IMG/VR virus record: IMGVR_UViG_3300017742_000005
Location: 1-62,070 of that record
Source: a virus
Taxonomy: Duplodnaviria; Caudoviricetes
Length of the DNA: 62,070 bases
Strand: one strand, 5' to 3'
Each line of letters starts with the position of its first letter. Position 1 is the first letter of the stretch. This document shows, piece after piece, positions 46,597 to 57,653 of the stretch. The position numbers and the translations under genes were made by a program. Below the pieces are notes generated by a model, which did not search any database, was not told the DNA's origin, and saw only the letters and a program-made list of their open reading frames with translations.

Positions 46597-47251
46597 TAAT
46601 AAATTTGAACTAGGCATACCCACGCATATTATGTTTACTTTATATAAGTATGATTACTTTGATAGTATTATTATAAATAGAGTAAAAAAAGAATGCAGAA
46701 ATCTATCAAAGATAGACGGTGAAATAACAGTTAAGCTTTCTTCTTTCTTAACTGCTATTAATACAAGCAAAAGACTTAGGACTGAAATTCAAAAGGCTGA
46801 AGATTTTGGTTATATTCCTAATCCTAACATTAAGCCTAATTCTATTTACTTTTTATTTTCTATTTTTAACAGACTTGAAAATTTAGATTTTATAACATTT
46901 AAAATTAGCGACGATAAAAACTTTAGTAGATTGATTAAAAATGAAAGAGGTTCATCAATACTAAGCTTTCACTTTAATATAATTGAAGGTATTTTTGACT
47001 TGACTAAATTGATGGATAGGGTAGAATTGGATACTTTCAATAAAACACTAATTGATTTTAAAATACTTAAAAATAAATATTTAGAAAGAAAGCCATATTT
47101 CTATATGAAAGCTACTGCTATTATTGATATTTTAACATCAATGGATATTGAAGGTAAATTAAGTACTTTTGGTGTATTGGATAGAATAGATCAAAAATTA
47201 GAAGAAGATGATCCGGTCTTAATTGTGAAGACAGACTATACTCCATATTAG
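46586..47251 (+). CDS. Hypothetical protein
   Basis: 221-aa ORF overlapping the upstream gene. Confidence 0.6.
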   Translation: MLIDNKFELGIPTHIMFTLYKYDYFDSIIINRVKKECRNLSKIDGEITVKLSSFLTAINTSKRLRTEIQKAEDFGYIPNPNIKPNSIYFLFSIFNRLENLDFITFKISDDKNFSRLIKNERGSSILSFHFNIIEGIFDLTKLMDRVELDTFNKTLIDFKILKNKYLERKPYFYMKATAIIDILTSMDIEGKLSTFGVLDRIDQKLEEDDPVLIVKTDYTPY

Positions 47252-47283
47252 TAGCTGAATATATAAACAAATAATGTTTGTAT

Positions 47284-47544
47284 ATGAAAAGAATTGTCAA
47301 TTGGTTAGGTGGTCTTTTAAAAGATGAAAAAGGTACACCTTCTTCAAAAAGGTTTATTGGTATTTTAGCAGGTGTAACATTATGCTCTGCATTAATGATT
47401 AATTTATACACAGATATGCCAGTAGAACCTACTCTTGTTAATGCCGTAGCGGCAATATGTATTGGTGGTTTAGGTCTTGCTTCAGCTGATAAAATTTTTG
47501 GAAAGAAAAAATCTATGGGTGGAGATCAACAAATAAATTCTTAA
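47284..47544 (+). CDS. Small two-TM membrane protein (holin-like)
   Basis: SSKR followed by two hydrophobic helices and a basic tail; late motif at 47258. Confidence 0.55.
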   Translation: MKRIVNWLGGLLKDEKGTPSSKRFIGILAGVTLCSALMINLYTDMPVEPTLVNAVAAICIGGLGLASADKIFGKKKSMGGDQQINS

Positions 47545-47547
47545 TCG

Positions 47548-49509
47548 ATGGCAGTTAACGGAAGAACAACAGATGCTAACGGGGATGCTATATTAATAAG
47601 TCTTCAGGAACCTTACTTAAATGTAGTTGAAGTCTTAGGATATACTGATGTCACAAAAGGTGAAAGTACAGGTACCTATTATAATAAACAATTTAGGTGG
47701 GGAACGGATGGTGTCACATATTCTGATTATACCACCCTTACAAATGCGAATCTAGAGGCTTTATTATTAAATCCAAATAAACCTTTTTGGATTCAATATA
47801 GATATGAACAGGTTGGCGATGGCACTTTAGAATTTGAATCTATTGCATTAGAATTAGTAACGGATGGCGGTGTAATTTGTAGAGTACCCCAAGTTGAATG
47901 CGGAGCTGAAGGTTGTATAGGTGTACCTAATTTAGTTGTAGATTGCTGTGGTGATACCTGGAATCCTTATGACTTATCTAGAACTTCATCAATGTATAAT
48001 CAATTATCCGCTATCACATCTAACATGTTTGGCTTCTGCGTTGATTATTTTAAGACTAAGGCAGATCAAAGAAGTAGAGATGTTATATTAAAAGAGTATT
48101 CTTTATTTGATGTTATTAAAGAAGGTGAAGTAAAGATTTTAATTCCAGATAACGAATTACCAACAAGGGAAATTCAGTTTAATCCAATGATGATGGATTT
48201 TCCTGTTCAATTTGAAATACATATTGTAAAATCTGCATTTGAGGCAATATTCGGATTAGGTACTAAACCTGAAATGAGAGACTATTTATATTTTAAAGAT
48301 TATATGAATCGTATGTATGAAGTTGATGCAATTGCTGAAGCAGATGATTTTCTTTATTCAGGTTCTTATTGGAGAGTTAGTTTAGTACCTTATCAGAAAA
48401 GGACGGCCGTTGGTTTTGATCCAACACCAGAAGGTCAAAGAGCTGAAATCGATACAGATGCATTAACGTCAAATGTAGAAGATAAATTTAGAGTTGAAAG
48501 AGAAAACGAATTTAGAGATGTAAGAAAGAATAATCAATATAATACAATAGGCACATTAGCAAATGATTATGTCAGGAGATCCTTAAATAAGAAATTAATT
48601 ATAAAAGAAGAAAACGTTTATAATGAATGGACTATAATTTCTAAATATCATTATAGGTTAGGTTCTTTAGGAACTTCTAACGAAGCTATAAAATATCAAT
48701 ATGAAGGTGGTTGGACTAATGAAGAAGACAGGGCATTTACTTTTTGGATTAGACCACAGTATGCAAAACCTATAGGCGAAAATATATTAATATTATCAAT
48801 TGCAGATAATAATGGAAAGGTTCAATTTAATACAGGTGGATTGCCTAAATTTGGTAATGCTATTAACATAGGTGATTGGGTTGAAATAAGAGGAACTAAA
48901 TCTTATAATGGAATAGGAAAGGTTATTGAAATAATTGGTGATTCTATTGTAATTGATGAAAAATTTATAGATGATGTAACAACAACAGGATCTCCTAGTT
49001 TTAATAAAGAAGCAACCAATAATTTTATGGTTTATGAAAATTCTTTATTACCACCAACTCAGTATGTTTCACTTACCTACACACCTAATTGGTTTATTAT
49101 GAAAATTAATGATGTTTACTATAAGTGGAAATTAACACAATCTTTTGCAAAAGATAAATGGTATGCTATAGTAATTAATTTAAATGCTACTGCGAGACAA
49201 TTAGGACTGTTTGTATATAATACTGAAGAAGCAACAGGCGCGGTTAATCCTGAGTTAACATCAACATTAAATTTGGTTTATAATAAAACCCAGGCAGCAA
49301 CACCACAAACAGTAATAGATGACCAATCATGGAAATTATTTGGATGTGAAACTGATTTAACAAATATAAGAATTTGGAAAAAGCCAATAGAAGAGGAACT
49401 GCAATCTTTAATACTTAGTCAATATGTAGTAAAAGATACACATTTAACTTTATTATTGGATAATGCTTCACCTGAATTAATGCTGCAAGATGTAACAGAT
49501 GCCAGATAA
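47548..49509 (+). CDS. Virion structural protein, gp14 neck-like core with extra beta domains
   Basis: FGFCVDY...DVILKEY...FEIHIVKSAFE...PEMRDYLYF...MYEV resembles gp14; LamG-like C-terminus. Confidence 0.55.
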   Translation: MAVNGRTTDANGDAILISLQEPYLNVVEVLGYTDVTKGESTGTYYNKQFRWGTDGVTYSDYTTLTNANLEALLLNPNKPFWIQYRYEQVGDGTLEFESIALELVTDGGVICRVPQVECGAEGCIGVPNLVVDCCGDTWNPYDLSRTSSMYNQLSAITSNMFGFCVDYFKTKADQRSRDVILKEYSLFDVIKEGEVKILIPDNELPTREIQFNPMMMDFPVQFEIHIVKSAFEAIFGLGTKPEMRDYLYFKDYMNRMYEVDAIAEADDFLYSGSYWRVSLVPYQKRTAVGFDPTPEGQRAEIDTDALTSNVEDKFRVERENEFRDVRKNNQYNTIGTLANDYVRRSLNKKLIIKEENVYNEWTIISKYHYRLGSLGTSNEAIKYQYEGGWTNEEDRAFTFWIRPQYAKPIGENILILSIADNNGKVQFNTGGLPKFGNAINIGDWVEIRGTKSYNGIGKVIEIIGDSIVIDEKFIDDVTTTGSPSFNKEATNNFMVYENSLLPPTQYVSLTYTPNWFIMKINDVYYKWKLTQSFAKDKWYAIVINLNATARQLGLFVYNTEEATGAVNPELTSTLNLVYNKTQAATPQTVIDDQSWKLFGCETDLTNIRIWKKPIEEELQSLILSQYVVKDTHLTLLLDNASPELMLQDVTDAR

Positions 49510-49539
49510 CCTGGAATATATATTACAAATAACTTATTA

Positions 49540-50145
49540 ATGGAAGATAACTCAAAGGAGAAGTTTAGAGATAGTATTGGTGATTTACTTAGCGATTTAC
49601 CAGATGAAGTACCTGGTTTAAATGAAACACCAGAATTATCAAGAGTAAGAAATGAAAGTACACAAGCAGTTGCTTTAACAAAGGCTAAAGGAAAGGCTAA
49701 AAAAGTAATGTCGAGTTTACTTAAGTTTTATTTAAGTGAAGAGATAATAGCTGAACATGAATACATTCAAGCAAAATCAAACTTAGATGAATATGCACTA
49801 GGTATGTTAATTCGCCAAATGGAAAATAGCGAAATTGCAATTTCACAGCTAATGGACATTATTAATGAAGGTGATGTTTCCCCAAGAATGTTTGAGGTAC
49901 TTAGTGATTTACAGAGAACTTTATTGGATATTATTAAAAGCCAAACAATGTATATGGTGGCTATTGAAGAGAATGCTAAAAAGACGTCAAGAGATATTGA
50001 TGTATATCATGGTAACTCTGATAGTAGCAGTAAAAAACAAACTGGAGTTAAGTCTAGGGGTACTAAAGATTTAATGAGAGCATTACAAGAAACAATTAAC
50101 GAAGAAGATATACAAGATGTCGATAGCGATGAAAATGAAGAATGA
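49540..50145 (+). CDS. Putative terminase small subunit (gp16-like)
   Basis: SPRMFEVLSDL and GTKDLMRAL motifs; upstream of gp17. Confidence 0.6.
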   Translation: MEDNSKEKFRDSIGDLLSDLPDEVPGLNETPELSRVRNESTQAVALTKAKGKAKKVMSSLLKFYLSEEIIAEHEYIQAKSNLDEYALGMLIRQMENSEIAISQLMDIINEGDVSPRMFEVLSDLQRTLLDIIKSQTMYMVAIEENAKKTSRDIDVYHGNSDSSSKKQTGVKSRGTKDLMRALQETINEEDIQDVDSDENEE

Positions 50146-50404
50146 TTACATTCTTACACAGGAAATAGTACAAGGTGAAAGAAGAACCGATAGTGGATTA
50201 ATTATTCCTGAAGAAAAATATAATAGGGTTGCTTTAGTGATAGAGGCAGCCGATAACCTTGAAGTAAAGAAAGGTGACCAAATAGTAAAAACAATAGGCA
50301 AGGGTACTGAATACACATTTGAAGGAGATAAGTTTGAAATCCTTCATATAAATCATGTTCTTGCTGTAATAGAAGAAGATGGCACAGAAACCACAAGCGC
50401 CTAG
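50129..50404 (+). CDS. GroES-like co-chaperonin
   Basis: RTDSGLIIP mobile loop, VKKGD, GTEY..EG, VLAVIE. Confidence 0.8.
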   Translation: MKMKNDYILTQEIVQGERRTDSGLIIPEEKYNRVALVIEAADNLEVKKGDQIVKTIGKGTEYTFEGDKFEILHINHVLAVIEEDGTETTSA

Positions 50405-52196
50405 CGCAGGATTTGATTTTAATGTTGGTAAAGCCAAGCAAGCGTTTTCATGGTCTAGTGAAAGTGTAGAACAACTAATGTTTGCAATAGAAGAAGGTTA
50501 TAAACCAGCATCTACTCCATTCTATGAAGGTAATCCTAATTTAAGAAAGGGTAATATTGTTTTTAACTATACCTCAAATGAAATAAAAGAAATTAAAAAG
50601 TGTGCAAAAGATATTGTATACTTTGCCAATACTTATTGTACTGTAATGACCGACCACGGTTTACAAACAATTAATTTAAGACCTTACCAAGAAGAAATGT
50701 TAAGGCAGTTTCAAGCAGAAAGATTTAATGTTTGTTTAGCTAGTAGGCAAGTTGGTAAAACTATATGCTCATCTATTTTTATAGCTTGGTATTCATTATT
50801 TAACTTCGATAAAAATTCTTTAATACTTTCAAATAAAGGTGCAACAACCAGAGAGATCATTGATAAAGGTAAAACTATATTAGAGCATTTACCTTTCTTT
50901 TTAAAACCCGGTACTCTTAAATGGGATGTATTTAATTCTAAGTTTGATAATGGCTGTAGAATAATTGGTCAGACAACAACAAAGAAAGCAGCAATTGGTT
51001 TTACTATTCATTTATTATTCATGGATGAGTTCGCGCATATCCCTGCAAATTTCGTTGATACTTTTTATGAAAATGTGTATCCAACGGTATCCGCATCCAC
51101 AAACTCTAAAGTTATCATAACAAGTACACCTAATGGCTTTAATAAATTTTATGACATATATACTGCTGCCGATAAAGGCTTAAGTGAATATACGCCCTTT
51201 AGAGTTGACTGGTGGGATGTACCAGGAAGAGACGATGCTTGGATGAAGCAAGAGGTTGCTAACTTAGGTAGTGACGAAGCATTTAATAGGCAATACGGAA
51301 ATCAATTTATTGCAGGTTCATCATTACTATTAGGACCTGATAGTCTTAAGAAATTAAAAGGAAACGAAACAGAATTTGTTCATCGTGAAATGATTGCGTT
51401 TGAAGATGAGCAAGTAGAATACTCTGGTTTATTATGGGATCCTGAATTTAATTTAGATGATGCTGAAGAAGATGAAAATTATTGGTGTTTTTCTGTTGAT
51501 ATAGCAGAAGGTACCGGTGGTGACTATTCTATTATTAATATCTTTAAGATAGAGCTTATGGATGAGGCCGATTGGAAAAAGGTAACTTCACCAGGTAGCT
51601 TTATTGATTTTTACAGAATTAGACAAGTTGGTAGATTTAGAAGTAATGAACATACCATTGAAGAATTTGCAAAATCTCTTTATATTTTAGCATATGATGT
51701 TTTTTACTCTGAGAATGTAAAATTAATTATAGAATGGAATTTATTTGGTGGTGAGCTAATTAAAAGAATGGAAACCGTTTTTCCACAGAGAAATGATTTT
51801 GATGAAGAATCTGTTGTTAAATTTAAACACCGTATAGATGCAAGGACTAAACAATTTGGGTTAAAAGTTAAAAAAGATAATAAGCCTATTTTTTGTCAAA
51901 ACTTTAAAAAATATATTACACAAAATAAAATTGTAATAAAAGATAAGCAAACTGTTTATGAAGCAGCTACATTCGGTAAATTACCTAATGGTACGTATGC
52001 TGGGCAATTAGGCCATGATGATTTAATAATGACCTGCATAAATAGTTCTGAATTCTTTTTTACATTAGACTTTTCCGATTTTGCTGAAGAGATTCACGAT
52101 GTTGCCGAACAGCACGTACAGGATAAAATTGATGCTATCTTAGAACAAGATGCTAAGGGAGGACAATTGAATTTTGATATCTATGACTTGGTATAA
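50379..52196 (+). CDS. gp17: Terminase large subunit
   Basis: SRQVGKT, MDEFAH, ITSTPNG, VDIAEG, HDDLIM. Confidence 0.95.
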   Translation: MAQKPQAPSAGFDFNVGKAKQAFSWSSESVEQLMFAIEEGYKPASTPFYEGNPNLRKGNIVFNYTSNEIKEIKKCAKDIVYFANTYCTVMTDHGLQTINLRPYQEEMLRQFQAERFNVCLASRQVGKTICSSIFIAWYSLFNFDKNSLILSNKGATTREIIDKGKTILEHLPFFLKPGTLKWDVFNSKFDNGCRIIGQTTTKKAAIGFTIHLLFMDEFAHIPANFVDTFYENVYPTVSASTNSKVIITSTPNGFNKFYDIYTAADKGLSEYTPFRVDWWDVPGRDDAWMKQEVANLGSDEAFNRQYGNQFIAGSSLLLGPDSLKKLKGNETEFVHREMIAFEDEQVEYSGLLWDPEFNLDDAEEDENYWCFSVDIAEGTGGDYSIINIFKIELMDEADWKKVTSPGSFIDFYRIRQVGRFRSNEHTIEEFAKSLYILAYDVFYSENVKLIIEWNLFGGELIKRMETVFPQRNDFDEESVVKFKHRIDARTKQFGLKVKKDNKPIFCQNFKKYITQNKIVIKDKQTVYEAATFGKLPNGTYAGQLGHDDLIMTCINSSEFFFTLDFSDFAEEIHDVAEQHVQDKIDAILEQDAKGGQLNFDIYDLV

Positions 52197-52250
52197 AAAG
52201 TTATAGGTTAGTGGATATATAAAAAAAGCAAATAAAAAAAATAATATAAG

Positions 52251-55200
52251 ATGGCACTAGATCCGAAAATCGCTTCGATTAAAGCAGCAGGAACTTACAG
52301 ATTTGAATTTGACAAATCTCAAGTAGTTAGTATTCCTGCTAATCAGACAAGGTTAATTGTCGGTTTCTCTAAAACAGGTCCTTTCAATACTCCGGTATTT
52401 GTACCTGACACCGCATTCTTCAAACAAGTATATGGTGATATTGACAGAAACTTAGAAAGAAAGGATTCATTTTTCCATAGAAGCTGTTTAGCAGCATTGG
52501 AAAGAGGACCGATTCTTGCACTTAACCTATTAAACTTAACTGCTGCCGATAAGGTAGAATATATTAAATTTGGTACAGCTGCTACCCCTGATGTTCAGGA
52601 TAATGCTGGAGCCTTAGGAGAATATCAAAAAATGTACAATAGAGATAAATTCTTTTATCCTGACTCAGACGCATTCTTAGATAATGTTGGTGCAAATAAA
52701 CTAGCATTTAATTCAGGAACAACTAATGATTTATTAGACTTTACTAATTTAGGTCAGAATCCTATCTCAGTTATTGTAAGAAAAGCATCAGCTGCAAATT
52801 CAACAGGATTTAATGTAACTGCAGAAGAATGGTATGGTGCTGCAAATGTACCAGGTTATTTAAATAAAGATAGTTTAGTATCTGACTTCTTAGTAGATGT
52901 ATTTTTAATAGAAGGTAATTTTGGTGGAGACTTTGGTTCTGCAACGCCTTATGAAAGATTTGTAGCAGATCCAATTTATCAAACATATTTTGATAAAGTA
53001 CAAGGATTAAAAAGAAGAGTATTCCAAAATGATGAATCAGATACAAAAATTGCTGAATTCTTTAATGAATCAGAAGTTAATGTAGTTGCAACTTATACTG
53101 CATCATTACTTCCTAATTTTACAGACTTACTAGGTAATAACCTTTTTATTGAAAAAGTTATTAATGCTGATACAGCAAGCACTGGTGTATTTGTCGCAGT
53201 AAATGAAGATTTATTTGATGGTGATACATTAATTGATGGGGTTGCTGGTGGTATTGATTTAATAGGTCATAACCTTGAATATACTCAAGCTTACGATTTC
53301 CAACAAGATGTTAATTTCTTATCTTATAGTGGATCAATCGTTTCAGATGTTAGTTATGCTGGCACAGGAACTGCACCAAACACAGTAAGTGCAACGACTG
53401 AAGCTATTAATGTAAGTCAATTAACAAGTGGAGATATACAGATTACTGTTGTAGGTTCTGCTGGTGATCCATTATGGGATGCATTCGCTGCGTTTACTGC
53501 AAATACACAAAGTGCTGTAGGTACTTACATATTAGCAAACACTGGTACAGGTGATAAATATGTTCCTGTAACATCAGTACAGATTGTAGGAAATACTGTT
53601 ACCTTATTACTATCAAGTGTAGGTGGAATTATACCAGGTGATTTTAGTAATGTTACTGGAGCTTCATATACATTTATTAATGAAAGTGACTTTGGTTTTG
53701 TAACTGATGAAGCAATCCTAGCAGATAATGCAAATGCAAATATCATAGGTGGATATGGTTCAACATTATACAGCCAATTCTCAAACGGTACTCTTACCGA
53801 TGGTGATGAAGCGGTATATTTGAAAACCGGTACAGAATATTTAAGTTACTTAGTATTTAATGCTGTTGATTATGGATTCATTCATACGCAAACTCCAACT
53901 ACTACTTTAACAACTATTCCTATTTCAGATCCGGCATATAACTTACCATCTGTTCAGGTAACACCTTACGAGGAAGATGCATTTAATAATTTAACACCGC
54001 ATGATCAATTTACTTTAGATCCTGCTAATGGCGGTTTCTTTATAGACACAGAATTTTCAAATACAGGTATTACTTATCCTGCAGGTACATTAGGAATTCA
54101 AACGCTGAAAGGTGCTAATAATGTTTCTATTGATATTATTTCAGATTCAATAACTGAAACTGGATTAAAACCTAACCAAGTATTAATAGCTAGTGATAAT
54201 CCTGATGCTGCTGATGTAGTTGTAGGAAACTACTTAGTACATTCTGAAGGCTCTCCTTCCGGTGTAGCCCACTCAAGGTTAACAAGAATTAACGTTGTAC
54301 AAGGTGGATTAACAAATGCTGAATTTAGTACTATTCCTGCAGGTAAGCAGGCACTATTAGTAACTTGTCAAAGTGAAATTGCAACAACAACCGCTGCAGG
54401 TATTGTTAAAGTTGAATTATACTTCCCAATAGATAAGTGGATTGATTATTTAAATATCTTTACATTAGATGGATTTAATTTAACTTCTACTCACGTACCT
54501 AACGGAACTAATGACAGACAGGTTGAAATCTTAAATGGTACTTTAAATGGAACAAATTTATTTAAAGCATTAACTGACAGAGATGTAATTAACTTTAGAT
54601 ATATTGTAGATACATTTGGAAACGGTATTGAAAGTGGATCTAAAGCGATCTATACAATATTGGCTTCTACTAGAAAGAATGCATTCGCAATATTAAATGC
54701 TCCATCTGCTAAGGACTTTAAGAGTAATTCTTCACCTTCATTTAAAGATCTAACTGGAAGTTTATCCTCTAGATTTATTTCTACTGGTGGTGATCTTTCA
54801 TTAAATCCTACAGTAAGATACTCATTACCATCTCAAACACAAGGTGCGAGTTGGGGAGCATTCTATTATCCTTTTATTACTGTTAGGGATTTAGGTAGAA
54901 ATATAAATGTTGTACCGGCTGCATACGTTTCAAATAACTTTATTGCAAAATATGAAAACGCATTACCGTGGTCATTAGTTGCCGGAGTTCGTCGAGGTGT
55001 TGTAGGTGGAACAGGAGTTGTAGGATTAGAAATCAATCTTGGAAAAGAGGACAGAGAATACTTAGAACCATTTGGATTAAATCCAATTGTATTCCAAAGT
55101 GGAACTGGGCCAACAATCTTTGCAAATAAAACTGCACAGCAGACTACAAAATCTGCATTAAGCTCTATTAACTGTAGAGAGGTTGTAATTTATATCCAAG

Positions 55201-55487
55201 ATGGTATTGAAGCAATTCTTAGAAACTATCTATTTGAATTCAATACTGCTCAAACAAGATTAGAGATTAAAACACTTGCTGATAACTTTTTATCAACAGT
55301 TCAGAATGATGATGGTGTTTATGACTTTAAGAATGTAATGGATGAAACTAATAATACTCCAGAAGTTATTGATCAAAATGTAGGTATCCTAGATACATAT
55401 ATTGAACCAGTAAGAGGAATGGAAATTCTTGTACAAAGAACAACTATTTTGAAAACAGGAGCTATTAGTTCAGGAAACTTCCAATAA
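52251..55487 (+). CDS. gp18: Contractile tail sheath protein (1078 aa, large insertions)
   Basis: GFSKTGPFNTP, PWSLVAGVRRG, LNPI, ALSSINCRE, FEFN. Confidence 0.92.
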   Translation: MALDPKIASIKAAGTYRFEFDKSQVVSIPANQTRLIVGFSKTGPFNTPVFVPDTAFFKQVYGDIDRNLERKDSFFHRSCLAALERGPILALNLLNLTAADKVEYIKFGTAATPDVQDNAGALGEYQKMYNRDKFFYPDSDAFLDNVGANKLAFNSGTTNDLLDFTNLGQNPISVIVRKASAANSTGFNVTAEEWYGAANVPGYLNKDSLVSDFLVDVFLIEGNFGGDFGSATPYERFVADPIYQTYFDKVQGLKRRVFQNDESDTKIAEFFNESEVNVVATYTASLLPNFTDLLGNNLFIEKVINADTASTGVFVAVNEDLFDGDTLIDGVAGGIDLIGHNLEYTQAYDFQQDVNFLSYSGSIVSDVSYAGTGTAPNTVSATTEAINVSQLTSGDIQITVVGSAGDPLWDAFAAFTANTQSAVGTYILANTGTGDKYVPVTSVQIVGNTVTLLLSSVGGIIPGDFSNVTGASYTFINESDFGFVTDEAILADNANANIIGGYGSTLYSQFSNGTLTDGDEAVYLKTGTEYLSYLVFNAVDYGFIHTQTPTTTLTTIPISDPAYNLPSVQVTPYEEDAFNNLTPHDQFTLDPANGGFFIDTEFSNTGITYPAGTLGIQTLKGANNVSIDIISDSITETGLKPNQVLIASDNPDAADVVVGNYLVHSEGSPSGVAHSRLTRINVVQGGLTNAEFSTIPAGKQALLVTCQSEIATTTAAGIVKVELYFPIDKWIDYLNIFTLDGFNLTSTHVPNGTNDRQVEILNGTLNGTNLFKALTDRDVINFRYIVDTFGNGIESGSKAIYTILASTRKNAFAILNAPSAKDFKSNSSPSFKDLTGSLSSRFISTGGDLSLNPTVRYSLPSQTQGASWGAFYYPFITVRDLGRNINVVPAAYVSNNFIAKYENALPWSLVAGVRRGVVGGTGVVGLEINLGKEDREYLEPFGLNPIVFQSGTGPTIFANKTAQQTTKSALSSINCREVVIYIQDGIEAILRNYLFEFNTAQTRLEIKTLADNFLSTVQNDDGVYDFKNVMDETNNTPEVIDQNVGILDTYIEPVRGMEILVQRTTILKTGAISSGNFQ

Positions 55488-55529
55488 GAGGAAACTAAAT
55501 AAGAATATATAAAAAAAATAAAATAAACT

Positions 55530-56087
55530 ATGCCACTACCACATTATACCCAATCAAGGGCCAGTAGCCAAAGGTACGAACCAGTTCAGCCTAACCTTTT
55601 TGAGGTGACAGTATTTTCACCACTAGGGGATGATACGGGTTTAATCTTAGAGCAAGTTAAAACTATTGGAGGTTTAAATAACTTAAACCCTGCTGTAGAT
55701 GCAATCGGACAGAAATACAAATTTGCTGACCGTTCATTTGCAAGTATGCCAGGTCAAACATTTATGGATCTGACTGTTAACTTTAGTCTTAACTTAAATG
55801 AAGCTAACGAAAATTACATTTACAATACATTCCGTAATTGGTACAAATTAATCTATGATCCATTGACTGGTGAAATGGGATTAAAGAAAGACTATGTAGG
55901 AAGTATGATTATTGTACAGTACAACAGAGCAGGTGATATCTTTAGAAAGATTACTTGTAAAGATGTATTCCCTACAGGTCAACCTGATTTTGTAGATGAA
56001 TTAAGTTATGAAACTCCAGACGCAGTTGATTTAACAATGACTTATCGTTGTGATCACTGGGTTGAGGAAAATGTTGGAGCTGCATAA
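55530..56087 (+). CDS. gp19: Tail tube protein
   Basis: PNLFEV, FRNW, VFPT, TYRCDHW; follows the sheath gene. Confidence 0.88.
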   Translation: MPLPHYTQSRASSQRYEPVQPNLFEVTVFSPLGDDTGLILEQVKTIGGLNNLNPAVDAIGQKYKFADRSFASMPGQTFMDLTVNFSLNLNEANENYIYNTFRNWYKLIYDPLTGEMGLKKDYVGSMIIVQYNRAGDIFRKITCKDVFPTGQPDFVDELSYETPDAVDLTMTYRCDHWVEENVGAA

Positions 56088-56104
56088 TCTTTTAAATATT
56101 TTAG

Positions 56105-56132
56105 AAAAACTGGCTTTAGGGCCAGTTTTTTT
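56105..56132 (+). terminator. Intrinsic terminator
   Basis: aaaaactggc-tttagg-gccagttttttt. Confidence 0.85.
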
Positions 56133-56175
56133 GTCTTCACTCTAATATATATTATAAATTATATAATCTAAACAT

Positions 56176-56646
56176 ATGACAATCTTTAAAGTAGTAAATG
56201 AAACTGATGGAAAAGTTTATGTAGGTTATTCAGTTAATGATAATCCTAATAACTTAGGAGCAGGTAAATATATTAAAAGAGCAGTTAAAGACTTTGGTAC
56301 AAGATCTTTTCAAAAAACTGTTCTTGAAGAATTTGAATCTGAAGAATCATTAAGCCATATAATGGAAAGGCTAGAATTTTGGATAAAAAATTATAAAGCC
56401 GATAATCCTAAATATGGATATAATGAAAGCGTACAAGAATTAATTCCACAAAAAAAGAGACTTACTAAAAAACTACAAGTTCTCTTAACACCAGAAGATG
56501 AAGATAATTTAAATTCAATTATTATCGAGAAATCAATGGAAAATAAAACAAAACCGTTGCCAGTATCCAAATACGTAAGACAATTAATAGTTGAACATAT
56601 AGTAGAGGAAACCGCTCCTGAAAAACAATTAATAAAAACTAAATAA
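56176..56646 (+). CDS. Degenerate GIY-YIG domain plus C-terminal ribbon-helix-helix-like domain
   Basis: TIF...VYVG, GYN; KLQVLLTPED...VSKYVRQLI. Confidence 0.6.
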   Translation: MTIFKVVNETDGKVYVGYSVNDNPNNLGAGKYIKRAVKDFGTRSFQKTVLEEFESEESLSHIMERLEFWIKNYKADNPKYGYNESVQELIPQKKRLTKKLQVLLTPEDEDNLNSIIIEKSMENKTKPLPVSKYVRQLIVEHIVEETAPEKQLIKTK

Positions 56647-56648
56647 TT

Positions 56649-57653
56649 ATGAGTAGTCACGAAGACAATATTAAAAAAGAATTTGCAGAGGCTGAAGGTA
56701 TAGTAGATACTACGGCTGAGGTAAAAACAAATGATGAAGGTAAAGTTACTGAATTAGGTAAAGTAGATACTACAAGAGGATCTGGTATAACTTCTATAGA
56801 TGATCCTGAAATTCAGAGAATACAATCTTTAACAGGTTATATTAAATTAGATTTAGCTAACTTTCCATCAGGTGGTCAATTTTATAGAGAAGATTTTGAA
56901 ATTCATATTAGAGCCGCAAGGGTTGGTGAGATTAGGGAATTCTCTACATTAGATGAAGAAAACATTTTAGATGTTGATGAAAAGCTAAACTCACTTCTAG
57001 TGAACTGTACAAAAATTATGTATGGTAACCAAAGAGGATCTTATAGAGATGTTTTAGAAGAGGATAGAATATATCTAATCCTATCTATTAGAGAGTTAAC
57101 ATTTAAGGAAGGCGAAAATAAATTAATGATGCCGGTTGGTAAAAAGAGTTGTAAAACAGGAACTTGTAAATCACAAGAATCAGTGGAACTTCAAACAGCT
57201 AATCTTCAATTTAATGAACAAGATGATTTAATAGCAAAATATTATGATCATGAAAATAAATGTTTTACCGTACCAACAAAAAGCCACGGTGAATTAACCA
57301 TAGCACCTCCTACGATTGGTGTTATGCGATCTATTACTGATTGGATACGAAAGAGAGAAGAAGAAGGAAAGACTTGGGATAGATCATCATTATCTATCTT
57401 ACCTTACATTCAGAGAGAATGGAGAGGATTTAATGATAAAGAAATATTTTCAGCCATTACAAATTTTCAGGGCTGGGACGCTACTAAATTTTCAATTGTA
57501 TACAGATTAGTTGAGAAAGCGAAAATTGGAGTTAAACCTGAGTTTAGTTTTCCATGTGAAAGTTGCGGTGAGGAGGTCGCCGTCCCGCTCACGTTTCCCG
57601 GCGGCATCAAAGCTCTGTTTATTATTCAAGATATCTCTTCTGAACTTTTATAA
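56649..57653 (+). CDS. Baseplate hub / tail assembly protein (gp26-like)
   Basis: FPSGG, DRIYLILSIRELT, C-terminal CESC; between tube and tape measure genes. Confidence 0.7.
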   Translation: MSSHEDNIKKEFAEAEGIVDTTAEVKTNDEGKVTELGKVDTTRGSGITSIDDPEIQRIQSLTGYIKLDLANFPSGGQFYREDFEIHIRAARVGEIREFSTLDEENILDVDEKLNSLLVNCTKIMYGNQRGSYRDVLEEDRIYLILSIRELTFKEGENKLMMPVGKKSCKTGTCKSQESVELQTANLQFNEQDDLIAKYYDHENKCFTVPTKSHGELTIAPPTIGVMRSITDWIRKREEEGKTWDRSSLSILPYIQREWRGFNDKEIFSAITNFQGWDATKFSIVYRLVEKAKIGVKPEFSFPCESCGEEVAVPLTFPGGIKALFIIQDISSELL

